From a virus, in IMG/VR virus record IMGVR_UViG_3300050151_000086, positions 1,575 through 65,574 of that record: a DNA stretch of 64,000 nucleotides. The stretch is one strand, 5' to 3'. The notes beneath the pieces are model-generated. The model was not told the DNA's origin. It did not search any database and saw only the letters and a program-made list of their open reading frames with translations. Position 1 is the first letter of the stretch; each line of letters starts with the position of its first letter. Position numbers and translations under genes: made by a program. This document shows positions 47,281 through 56,091 of the stretch, piece after piece.

Positions 47281-48182
47281 GCGTCGAATTTCGGCCGCAG
47301 CCCCAGGAAGACTGGGAAGCGGGGTGCGACGACGACGCCGACAGCGAAGAACTTGTACTTGGCGAACTGGCCCACGAGTGACTCCTTGATCGCCCACATC
47401 TCCTCGCGCATCTTCGCGGTGTAGCCGGTGCCGATGCGGAACTCCACGCCCTGCGGCGTGCGGCAGATCAGACCGCCCAAGCGACCCTTGCCGACCTTGT
47501 TCTCCGCGTGGCTGCTGCGTTTGCTGTGGCCCAACTCATCGACCGTCTTCTCGTTCTGGTTCTCCTGCTCCTCGAAGGTGCCGATGATCTCGGCCTCAGC
47601 GTCCTCGAAGCGCTTCACCTTCAGCAGGGTGCCAGCCTTGGCTGTGCTGCGGCCGAACTTGTAGGCACTGCTGGGGCCATGGTAGGCACGGAGCATGGCT
47701 CCCTCGTAGCCCAGGTTGAGGAAGTCCTGCTCAACCATCTCCAACGTGGTCTGGGAAGTGACCTCCGACTGGACCACCAGGTGGAGCCTGTCTGCGTAGG
47801 TGTTGGCATCGACGTTCAGACGCCTGGAGAGGCCTTGGTATCGCTCACGGTACTCGCGCTCAGGTCCAGTGATGTCGTCGAACAGGTAGTAGTGGACATC
47901 GGGCTGGCCGTCTTTGCGGCGAACGGCGCCGGTCGTCTCATTGAACACGGTCTTCGAGTTGGGCTCGCCGCAGATCAGCTCGCCGTCCAGGCCGTTGTAC
48001 TCAGGCCGACCGTACATGTACTGGACGAACTCGTTGGGGATCGGGATCAGGTTGCGACTCATAACGGTGCCGTCGATGACCAGGGCACGGATGCCGTCGA
48101 GCTTGGGACTCATCCAGAGGTTGGAGAAGTCGAGCTTGTTGGCTTCGTACTCGACAGCCAGGAGTGGGGAAAATTTGGACAT
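47277..48182 (-). CDS. ATP-dependent DNA ligase
   Basis: SPKLDGIRA (KxDG), LDGEL, YEGAMLR, LLKVK, PRFPVF. Confidence 0.93.
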   Translation of the reverse strand: MSKFSPLLAVEYEANKLDFSNLWMSPKLDGIRALVIDGTVMSRNLIPIPNEFVQYMYGRPEYNGLDGELICGEPNSKTVFNETTGAVRRKDGQPDVHYYLFDDITGPEREYRERYQGLSRRLNVDANTYADRLHLVVQSEVTSQTTLEMVEQDFLNLGYEGAMLRAYHGPSSAYKFGRSTAKAGTLLKVKRFEDAEAEIIGTFEEQENQNEKTVDELGHSKRSSHAENKVGKGRLGGLICRTPQGVEFRIGTGYTAKMREEMWAIKESLVGQFAKYKFFAVGVVVAPRFPVFLGLRPKFDA

Positions 48183-48188
48183 GATCTT

Positions 48189-48638
48189 TCAGTTGGGGAA
48201 GAGTGCATCAAGTGCAGAAGCTGCCGACTGGTAGGGGGCCAGGCCGGCAAACGGAAACGAGGTAGGAAGCTCCTCGTAGCAGAACAAGTCTTCAGGAGTG
48301 AACATCACCCAGTCCTTCAGCTCGCTGCGGAAGACCAGCACGACGGTGTCGAAGCCGGCCTCGTGGAACAGCTTGAGCTTGCCATACTGCCCAATCTTCG
48401 CTTTGGGCAGACGCCGGACTTCTTTCGTCTCCTTCACTTCGAGGTGGCACGCGACCTTGTCCAGCTTGGTCTTGCGTGCCACCAGGAAGTCAGCCGGCTG
48501 GTTGGCAAGTGCTCCTCGTGCCGCTCTGGCATCGGGGTAGCGGTGGTAGGCGAAGGCCAGCTCGGAAGCTGAGCGCTTCTCCAACCACTTCTGCACCTGA
48601 GCTTCCGCCCACTTGCCGCGATCACCGAACATCGTCAT
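48189..48638 (-). CDS. PD-(D/E)xK nuclease, possible Holliday junction resolvase (RecU-like)
   Basis: PADFLV...LEVKET. Confidence 0.7.
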   Translation of the reverse strand: MTMFGDRGKWAEAQVQKWLEKRSASELAFAYHRYPDARAARGALANQPADFLVARKTKLDKVACHLEVKETKEVRRLPKAKIGQYGKLKLFHEAGFDTVVLVFRSELKDWVMFTPEDLFCYEELPTSFPFAGLAPYQSAASALDALFPN

Positions 48639-51600
48639 GCTGCCACCGCCTCACGCTTGAAGCACTTCTCGATGGCTGCCTTGATCCGGTCTTCGATGAA
48701 CCAGTCTCCGCATTCAATCTGGTCTGCGAAGTCCGTGCCCAGTGAGATCGAACCCAAGATCGGCACAGACATGTCGGCGTAGCTACCAGTCATGCACTCA
48801 TGCTTGATCTTCAGGAACTCGACGGCGTGGTCCTTGTGGACGCTGGTGACCAGTTCATCGTGAATCGGTGCGAAGAAGCGAACGTCATACTTGAACAGGG
48901 CGCCACTCTTCCAGAGGCGACCCATGCCGATCTTCGTCATCTCACCGGCTGACCCCTGAATCTCCATATTCCAGGCCTGACGCAAAGCGCCGGAGGCGAT
49001 GCGCTTGTCGTCAGACATGACCGAGTCACGCAGATGGCGGCGGGCACCCATCAAGGTCCTGGCGTAGCCGAACTCCTCGGCGAACGCTGCAGCCATCTTC
49101 GCGGCACGGTCAACGTCAGGGAACATGGCACTACGGGCGTCCAGGAACAACTGGGCGTCCTCGATACGCATGATCAGCGTCTCGCTCAGCTTGGCAGCCT
49201 GACCACCGAACTGGGCTGCGAAGTTCACGTTCTTCGACTCCTTGCGCAGATCGTCAGCGACCTTGCCCATGGTGTGACTCTTGCCCAGGTCACGCAGCTT
49301 CAGGAACAGACGGTACTCGAACTCCTCCTTCGTCAGGCCAATGGCCTGGATCGACGCGCCGAACTCGACAGCCAGCTCATCAACTCGGGCGTCACCCCAC
49401 TTCAGACGCATGGCGCTGGCAGCGGTGATGGAGTGGATGTCCTTCAGGTTGTCGCCGATGTAGCAGGCGAGCATGTTCCGGTCCTGCGACACCTCAGCAG
49501 CGAGACGCAACTCCTGGCCGGTGAAGTCAATCGAGCAGATGACGGCGTCGCGGTGGTGGGGCTTGAAGAACCCACGGAAGCGGACGGCCTCCCCCTTCTT
49601 CGGCAACTGCTGAAGGTTCGGGTTGGACATCGAGTAACGTCGCGTCACAGCAGCGCACTGGTTGACGCTGGAGTGAATCTTGCCGTCCTTCCAGTGCCGC
49701 ACGCCCCAGTAGTTCCTGTAGTACAGGCTGCGGCGGGTCATCACCTTCTTCATCTTCTGGACGCAAGCCAGAGCGGCCTTGTCGTCGTCGTTGATGCTGT
49801 CGGCGTCGAAGGCCAGGGCGTAGTCGATGGCCGTGTCGTCGGTCTTCGCCTTCCGCCTCAGCAGCTCGAAGTCACGGTCGGTCATGGCATCGGTCGCCTT
49901 GCCCATCCGCTTACGCTTGTGCTTGTAGATCGCATCGGCAAGCTCGGGCTGCTTCTGGCGCTCCGTGGGCGTCACGTCGTTGACGATCTGCACCGGCAGG
50001 CCCACCGTCTCGTACAGGAACTTGCGCATCGTCTTGGGCGATGCCATGTCCAGGCGTGGCTCGCCGACGAAGTGCTGGGCCACCAGGGCGTTCACGCCTG
50101 CCAGGCTTTCGGCTGCGACCTGGGTGGCAAGGGCGTAGCCCATGTCATCGTCCTCGTACTCCTCGGCCTGCTGCTCGATCAGCTTCGCCAGCTTGGAGTG
50201 AGTCCGTACCATCGTCGAAAGCTCACGGCCGGTGACGATCAGGTGGGCTTCCTTGATGTTGGCCGGCGACAGCTCGGTGTACTGTGGGCAGACCGTGCCG
50301 TCGAAACCCTTGCGCATCAGGTAGTCACGCAGGACTTCCCAACCCTTGTCATACGTGGCCGTGTCTTCCTTCTCCATCTCAGCCATCTCAGCCAGGGAGA
50401 AGTCAACGCCCTGGACAAAGCCCAGGGCCGTCAAGTACGCAGGCCAGGTCTCGACTTCATGGAACACGTCGTCAGTGCCCTCGATCTCCATCACGAACTG
50501 GAAGTGGTTCGCCAAGGCTGACGTGGTGATCGCGTCATCAGCGCCGTAGGTCAGGACGTGGCGAGCGGTCAGCTCGTTCATCTTGTGCTGGACCTTGACC
50601 ATGAGGTCGCCGTTGACGGTGATCTCGTTGCCCTGAACCTTCACCTCCTCGCCGGTGTCGGGGTCAATACGGTGCGACCACTCATACTCGCCGGTGCTGA
50701 TCTGGTCGTACCACTCACCCAGCACCTTGCCCTTGCCGTCCCAGACCTCCTTGATGTAGTTCACCGTGGTGACTTCATCGAAGGTCTGCTGCTCATAGCC
50801 CAGAAGTGTCGAAGACAGGCTCTTCAGGCCACGGCGGCGGTTCTCATCGACGTAGCTGGAGGCGATGGCGGTGTCACGGACGTTGCGCAGGAAGCCGTGG
50901 TAGTCAGGGTCTTCGATCCAGTCCTGACCCCACTCGCTGTAGAGCACCGGCATCTCGAAGGCGTTGTTGTGGACCCAGGTGATCTTCTCGCGGGGGATCA
51001 TGTCGACCATGTCGCGGACCTGGGCCAGCGTCAGGTTGGTGACACCGGCTTCCTCGACGTGCTCATGGGTGAGGTAGTAGGTGTACTGGAGGTTGGGGCC
51101 GAAGGTGATCGACAGGCCGGTCAGCTCAGAGCCGAACACGTCGAGGACCTTGTCTTCCTTGTCCTGACGCTCCAGCCACTCGTCGCTCTCAGGGGGTGTG
51201 GACGTTTCGATGTCCAGGCTGAACCAGGGTGTCGAGTACAGGTGCTTCTTCAGGAAGTCAACTGACTCCTGATAGGTCTCGGCTGACACCAACCGTATCT
51301 GGCCGGCGTACTTGAACATGACGTTGTCGGGGCACTGGGCGCGAGGCTTGACCATGCCGGCCTGGTACTGGAGTGGGTTGCGCAGCGTGTTGACGTGCTC
51401 GGTGCGCAGTCGGCCCAGCTCATAGCACTTGTAGACGTTGCTGGCGTCGTCGATGAGCTTCTGTAGCTCCTTCATCTCGCCCACGTCTTCGGACAGACGG
51501 CCGAGTGACTGGCTGCGGATCAAGCCGTCGAGCATCTCCAGGCCGTCGTTGCCGAACGCCACCAGGAGCTTCTCACCAGCCTTCTCACCGAAGCCCTTGG

Positions 51601-52210
51601 CGCCGGGGATGCCGTCAGCCGTGTCGCCGACGATGGCGATCCAGGCTGCGATCCACCGCACATCAAACGGGCCGAATGGGTTGGTGTCCTTCTCGCCGCG
51701 ACGGTACAGGTGGACGTTGCCGCCGATGCACTGGGCCAAGTCCTTGTCGCCGGTCACGATCCAGGTCTCGGACTTCAGGTGCTTTGCCAGGTAGCCCAAG
51801 ACATCGTCGGCCTCGACGCCGTCCTGCCAGACGACCTGGCTGCCCAGACCCAGGAACAAGTCCAGGAGCATGTCCTTGCACTTGTTGAACTCCAGGTACT
51901 CCTGCGAGAGCTTGTCACGCTTGGCCTTGTACGTGCCAAGGATGCTCTGCCGGCCTTGCTTCGAGTTCATACCCTCGCGGACAAACACGAACTGGTGGGG
52001 CTGGAGCTGCAACTCCTTCATTACCTGGATCAGGTGCTGCATGGCGTTGTCGTAGCCGTAGCCGGCTGAGTTCGCCAGCTTCGGCTTGCCGTTGCTCTTG
52101 AGCACAGGGGTGCCGGCTTCATCGAGTACGGGGATACCATGCTCAGTGTCTTCGCCTGCCTTCAGGCAGGTCCAGATCACACTGGACAGGTCAATCAGTG
52201 CGCGTTTCAC
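48635..52210 (-). CDS. polA: Family A DNA polymerase with 5'-3' and 3'-5' exonuclease domains
   Basis: EADD, TGDKD, GDTADGIPG; LDIET, HNNAFE, YGADD; IDFTGQELR, RKESKNVNF, IHDELV. Confidence 0.95.
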   Translation of the reverse strand: MKRALIDLSSVIWTCLKAGEDTEHGIPVLDEAGTPVLKSNGKPKLANSAGYGYDNAMQHLIQVMKELQLQPHQFVFVREGMNSKQGRQSILGTYKAKRDKLSQEYLEFNKCKDMLLDLFLGLGSQVVWQDGVEADDVLGYLAKHLKSETWIVTGDKDLAQCIGGNVHLYRRGEKDTNPFGPFDVRWIAAWIAIVGDTADGIPGAKGFGEKAGEKLLVAFGNDGLEMLDGLIRSQSLGRLSEDVGEMKELQKLIDDASNVYKCYELGRLRTEHVNTLRNPLQYQAGMVKPRAQCPDNVMFKYAGQIRLVSAETYQESVDFLKKHLYSTPWFSLDIETSTPPESDEWLERQDKEDKVLDVFGSELTGLSITFGPNLQYTYYLTHEHVEEAGVTNLTLAQVRDMVDMIPREKITWVHNNAFEMPVLYSEWGQDWIEDPDYHGFLRNVRDTAIASSYVDENRRRGLKSLSSTLLGYEQQTFDEVTTVNYIKEVWDGKGKVLGEWYDQISTGEYEWSHRIDPDTGEEVKVQGNEITVNGDLMVKVQHKMNELTARHVLTYGADDAITTSALANHFQFVMEIEGTDDVFHEVETWPAYLTALGFVQGVDFSLAEMAEMEKEDTATYDKGWEVLRDYLMRKGFDGTVCPQYTELSPANIKEAHLIVTGRELSTMVRTHSKLAKLIEQQAEEYEDDDMGYALATQVAAESLAGVNALVAQHFVGEPRLDMASPKTMRKFLYETVGLPVQIVNDVTPTERQKQPELADAIYKHKRKRMGKATDAMTDRDFELLRRKAKTDDTAIDYALAFDADSINDDDKAALACVQKMKKVMTRRSLYYRNYWGVRHWKDGKIHSSVNQCAAVTRRYSMSNPNLQQLPKKGEAVRFRGFFKPHHRDAVICSIDFTGQELRLAAEVSQDRNMLACYIGDNLKDIHSITAASAMRLKWGDARVDELAVEFGASIQAIGLTKEEFEYRLFLKLRDLGKSHTMGKVADDLRKESKNVNFAAQFGGQAAKLSETLIMRIEDAQLFLDARSAMFPDVDRAAKMAAAFAEEFGYARTLMGARRHLRDSVMSDDKRIASGALRQAWNMEIQGSAGEMTKIGMGRLWKSGALFKYDVRFFAPIHDELVTSVHKDHAVEFLKIKHECMTGSYADMSVPILGSISLGTDFADQIECGDWFIEDRIKAAIEKCFKREAVAA

Positions 52211-52238
52211 GTTAAGTCCTTTCGGTTGGAAGTGTCAA

Positions 52239-52493
52239 TCAGCGGGCTCGACGTTCACGCAGGGTGGCGCAATGGACGCAGAGCGTGTTCTTGATGGCGA
52301 CCTTCAGGCGGGCAGCACCGATTTCGTTGCCGCAGTCGTCGCAGTCGGTGACCTCGTAGGTGCCATTCTTGAGGGGTGCCTGGGTGGGCTTGCAGTAGCG
52401 CCGCACCTCGTAGATGGCCTGGTCAGTGGCCGCTTGCTCCAGGGCTGATGCCTGGTCGAAGGGGTCAGGGTGGTTGTGCTCTTGGGCGCTCAT
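52239..52493 (-). CDS. DksA/TraR C4 zinc-finger protein
   Basis: DPFDQAS...CDDCGNEIGAARL...LCVHCA. Confidence 0.9.
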   Translation of the reverse strand: MSAQEHNHPDPFDQASALEQAATDQAIYEVRRYCKPTQAPLKNGTYEVTDCDDCGNEIGAARLKVAIKNTLCVHCATLRERRAR

Positions 52494-52951
52494 GCGGACT
52501 CGATCTGGAGTGGTTTGACGACCGTGTTCAAGATCGTGTACGGATTGCGGGGGATATGGCTGTAGCGCAGGCGGGCCTGGGCCATGCGCTCTTCCACGTA
52601 CTTGTAGGTGGGGCGCATGTCGACGACGGGGGCGCGGTCATCAACGGCCACGCCGGCTGCGATGGCGTCGAGCATGATGGCGCAGCAGGCCATCACGTTG
52701 CCCAGGTGGTTGCTCAGGTCGTCAGGGTCCAGAGTCTCACCAGACTTGAAGCCATCAAGGTGACGCTCAGCCGCCGCGATGTAGACCGACAACAGGATGC
52801 CGCCCGCCCGCCAGTTCCACTGCTGGTATTTGCAGTCGCCGACGAACTGGGCCAACGCCCACTCCGCCTTTGCGATGGGGGAGAGGAGGTGCAGAGGCAC
52901 CTTGGCGGCGCCAATGCCGTCCTTGGGGTTCGTTGCTTTGAGGTTGCTCAT
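52490..52951 (-). CDS. dATP/dGTP diphosphohydrolase-domain protein (DUF5664 type)
   Basis: NPKDGIG..K.PLHLL...KY..WNWR...AA.RHL...HLG....C.AI.LD. Confidence 0.8.
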   Translation of the reverse strand: MSNLKATNPKDGIGAAKVPLHLLSPIAKAEWALAQFVGDCKYQQWNWRAGGILLSVYIAAAERHLDGFKSGETLDPDDLSNHLGNVMACCAIMLDAIAAGVAVDDRAPVVDMRPTYKYVEERMAQARLRYSHIPRNPYTILNTVVKPLQIESA

Positions 52952-53967
52952 CGGATCATCTGTTGTAGTTCGAGTGCCTCAAGGGCGCTGAGGTCTGGTT
53001 GCTGAACCTTGTCACCTACGGCGGTGCTGATAGCCTCCAGCCGCTTGTTCTCAAGGAGGCGTAGGCATTTGTTTCGCACCGCTGTGCTGAGGGTGCAGTT
53101 TGCCCACCTGTTGGGTGGGCCAAAGATGTCAAAGAAGGTTCTGCGTGTGCAGATGCCCTCAAGTATCGACCAGTAAACCTCTGGCTCAAACTTGTCAGAC
53201 CTCTGCACAGCGTTGATCGCCTGCTGCCAGATCACGCCCACCTTGCCAGGGAACACGTCGGAGTGATACGTTATGTCAAATGCCTCCTGGAGCTTGTCTT
53301 CGCACCGGGTGTAGACGGCAGCGCAGAACAAACTGTTCAGCGCTTGCCTGTGCTCAGGTACAGCCTTGTGGAGGAACCGCAGCAGGGCGCCGGTCCTGCC
53401 GTGCCCGCCAGCCCGCCACCCTAGGGGCTGGTCAATCGCACGTCTGAATGACACACCCAGTCGTTGGGGCAGCCTGCGGTAGCCGTCCGGCCCTTCCAGT
53501 GCCTGGTCGTAAAATTCCCAGTGCTCACCTCTCCGATTGGTGAATCGTGTGAACCTGCTCAGGGTCTGAAGCTGGCAGCGGCCATCCCAGGTCATTGCGC
53601 CAAGGACCTGGATGAGTACGGCCATGGGTGAGGCGCCAGACACCTTGGTGACTGGCAACTCACCAGCCACCTTGATCACCGCTTGACGCATCCTCGCGCC
53701 AGCTTCGGCTGAGTGACCCCAGGACCGGGCTGCCTTGATCAGGTCATCAAACACGTCGTCGCTGTAGGCGACACCGTAGACAGCCGGAGCCAGTCTGGAC
53801 AGGTCGACACTGCCGATGTAGTAGTCGGTCAGCACGGGTGGGCCAGCAAGCAGCACCCGGTCAACGTCTGACGCCGATAGGCTGATGTTGTTGATCTTCC
53901 TGATGCAGATGTTGCGCAGCTCGGCGGCGGCAGCCGACACGATCTGGTGTACTTCAGGGTTGGACAT
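52948..53967 (-). CDS. Hypothetical protein, 339 aa
   Basis: Long ORF coupled to downstream gene; no recognised motif. Confidence 0.75.
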   Translation of the reverse strand: MSNPEVHQIVSAAAAELRNICIRKINNISLSASDVDRVLLAGPPVLTDYYIGSVDLSRLAPAVYGVAYSDDVFDDLIKAARSWGHSAEAGARMRQAVIKVAGELPVTKVSGASPMAVLIQVLGAMTWDGRCQLQTLSRFTRFTNRRGEHWEFYDQALEGPDGYRRLPQRLGVSFRRAIDQPLGWRAGGHGRTGALLRFLHKAVPEHRQALNSLFCAAVYTRCEDKLQEAFDITYHSDVFPGKVGVIWQQAINAVQRSDKFEPEVYWSILEGICTRRTFFDIFGPPNRWANCTLSTAVRNKCLRLLENKRLEAISTAVGDKVQQPDLSALEALELQQMIR

Positions 53968-53982
53968 AGTGTTCCGGGTATG

Positions 53983-54006
53983 AGAAAGCGCCCCTCAGGG
54001 CGCTTT
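53983..54006 (-). terminator. Probable terminator
   Basis: AAAGCGCCC-CTCA-GGGCGCTTT with short U-tract on the minus strand. Confidence 0.6.
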
Positions 54007-54025
54007 CAGTGGCGGTCAGTAGCGA

Positions 54026-54322
54026 TCAGGCAGCCGGAGCGGCAGCAGCCTTCTTGGCTTCACGTGCCGCCTTCTTCTCAGCCTTCTCGGCTTCGGTCAG
54101 CTTCGGCTCAACGGCAGGCGGGATGCCATCGTTGATGAAGGCCAGGAACTGGGGCAGGTGCTTGCGCATCAGGCCGGCTTGGGCCTTTTCCAGGCCGGCA
54201 GCGGCGATGTAGTCGTCGAACTGCTTGCTCTCGGCCAGGGCCGCATCATGGGCGTCAGCATCGACTTCGTTGTCGAACTCGGTGCCGTCTTCGGCCAGGT
54301 ACTTCGTGAGGGTCTTTGCCAT
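54026..54322 (-). CDS. Hypothetical protein
   Basis: RBS CAGGAG; YLAEDGTEF motif; Lys/Ala tail. Confidence 0.75.
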   Translation of the reverse strand: MAKTLTKYLAEDGTEFDNEVDADAHDAALAESKQFDDYIAAAGLEKAQAGLMRKHLPQFLAFINDGIPPAVEPKLTEAEKAEKKAAREAKKAAAAPAA

Positions 54323-54373
54323 GGTTTTCTCCTGAGGCGTGGTGGGTGGGAAATCCGGTTCTGCCGGGTCAGT

Positions 54374-55045
54374 TCAGCGGGAGGTCAGTGCCTCACGCAG
54401 ATCGGGGTCAAGGTTGTCTGCTTTGTGCAGCAACCAGTGAACGTAGGTGGCGGGCAGGTCGCCGAGCTTGGTGCCCTTGTGCTTGCCAAAGGTGAGCTTC
54501 GTCTCCAGGCTGATCGGCCTCTTGACCAAGGCCAACAGGTCATCGACATCAAGGCTGCGCTGTTCAGCCACCAAGCGTAGGAGGCTGATGCACGTGATCA
54601 CGTCACCCATCGCACGGTGGGCATCACCAGCCTCCAGGCCATGCAGGTAGCGCAGGGTCTGGAGCTTGTGGTTCTCGGCGTCAGGCCAGACCAGTTTTGC
54701 CAGCTTCAGGGTGCAGAGCCGGGTGTGGACCGGGGGGATGTGCTCGCCGAGCATGCGAACATCGAAGGCGATGTTGTGGCCGCAGATAATCGGGTTCTCA
54801 GACGCCTTGAACGGGTTGCCACTCATGTCCATGAACTCAGACAGCGTCGGCTCGAACTCCACCATCTCGTTGGTGATGTGGTGGACACCCATCGCGCTCG
54901 GGCTGATCGGACGCTCCGGGTCGATCAGATGCTCAACCTGGTAGACGATGTCCAGGTTCTCGTTCAGCTCAACGATAGCCAGATCGCAGACGCCGCCCTC
55001 AAGGCCAGCAGTCTCGGTGTCAGTGATGAAGAGTCGTTGTTCCAT
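54374..55045 (-). CDS. DnaQ-family 3'-5' exonuclease (ExoX-like)
   Basis: DTET, GHNIAFD, CTLKLA, AHRAMGDV, C-terminal FGKHKG...YVHWL. Confidence 0.9.
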   Translation of the reverse strand: MEQRLFITDTETAGLEGGVCDLAIVELNENLDIVYQVEHLIDPERPISPSAMGVHHITNEMVEFEPTLSEFMDMSGNPFKASENPIICGHNIAFDVRMLGEHIPPVHTRLCTLKLAKLVWPDAENHKLQTLRYLHGLEAGDAHRAMGDVITCISLLRLVAEQRSLDVDDLLALVKRPISLETKLTFGKHKGTKLGDLPATYVHWLLHKADNLDPDLREALTSR

Positions 55046-55182
55046 GAGTTGTTTCGTTGTTGATCTGCTTGCGCAAGCAGCCGGTGAGCCACTTACGCCT
55101 GAAGACCCACTTCAGGCTGGCCGGTGGAATCCACCACCGGACACTGGCAGCCAGGCGCCCCGCCCGGCTGCCGCCCGCCCGA

Positions 55183-55977
55183 TCAGGCGACCTTGATACC
55201 GAAGTTCATGACACCGTAGGTGTTGCTGCCCTGGGTCACACGCTCGCTGCCGATGCGGAACTTGTTGGTCACGTCCTTCTTCTGGAAGGCCTTCATCTTC
55301 GACTCCAGCAGGAAGCGCTGGAACTGCTTGACCGACTGCGGTGACACGCTGATCTGCACGATCTTGATGTCGTCGTCGGTGATCGCACCACCTTTGTCGG
55401 AACCACGGAGCGAGCCGTAGATTTCGATGTACTTCTTGGTGTTGGTGCCGTCGTAGCCGTCTTCCTTCAGGGCCGTGACGTAGTCGGCCACGGTGCCTTC
55501 GCCGTTGGGCAGGTTCACGTGGTCGTAGCTGGAGCGGATCAGCTTGTCGGCTTCCTTGTTGTCCTTCTCACCCGTGGTGATCAGGGTCACGAAGTTCCAG
55601 CTCATCAGCTCGATGTCGATCCAGGCGCCGAGGAACTTGGTCTTGTTCTCGGAGAAGCCGCCTTGGTCGACGGTCACGCGGGGGAAGGCGCCGATGCCCA
55701 TCGTCTCCAGGGTCTGGATGTCGATGACACCTTGCGACTCGTCCAGCGACGTGCCCTTGCGCAGGGCTTGGGCCAGGGCGTTGTTGCTGGCGACGACCAC
55801 GGCAGTCGAAGCAGCCGGCTTGGCAACAGCGACCAGGGCTTCAGCCGAGGTGGCCGACTCGGTCTTCACTTCAGTGCGCTCGACGGTGGCCGTGTTGCCC
55901 TCGTCCTCGGCTTCAAAGGCCGGGTTGGCGGCGTTGTTGGTGGTGTCGGTGCTGGGGGTGTCTTTGCGGAGTGCCAT
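55183..55977 (-). CDS. Putative single-stranded DNA-binding / annealing protein
   Basis: Highly expressed codon bias, own promoter, replication-module context; no exact family recognised. Confidence 0.45.
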   Translation of the reverse strand: MALRKDTPSTDTTNNAANPAFEAEDEGNTATVERTEVKTESATSAEALVAVAKPAASTAVVVASNNALAQALRKGTSLDESQGVIDIQTLETMGIGAFPRVTVDQGGFSENKTKFLGAWIDIELMSWNFVTLITTGEKDNKEADKLIRSSYDHVNLPNGEGTVADYVTALKEDGYDGTNTKKYIEIYGSLRGSDKGGAITDDDIKIVQISVSPQSVKQFQRFLLESKMKAFQKKDVTNKFRIGSERVTQGSNTYGVMNFGIKVA

Positions 55978-56054
55978 GTCAGTTCCTAAGTACGTTTAAT
56001 GTCAATGTCAGTAGTGCCGCTGGTGGAGAAGAAGAACTACAGCGTGCGGCGGTA

Positions 56055-56091
56055 ACTATAGCTCTTTTTGCAAAAGCGTCAAACGCTTTTG
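56055..56091 (-). promoter_or_regulatory. Promoter TTGACG-N16-TATAGT overlapped by inverted repeat CAAAAGCGT-N3-ACGCTTTTG
   Basis: The -35 hexamer contains the primase TGA stop; hairpin at 56071-56091. Confidence 0.6.

Noticed and set aside
52490-52951. Assignment as a Z-genome or 7-deazaguanine phage
   Set aside because: The hydrolase alone is insufficient; purZ, datZ, dpdA, folE and queCDE were not seen in the window
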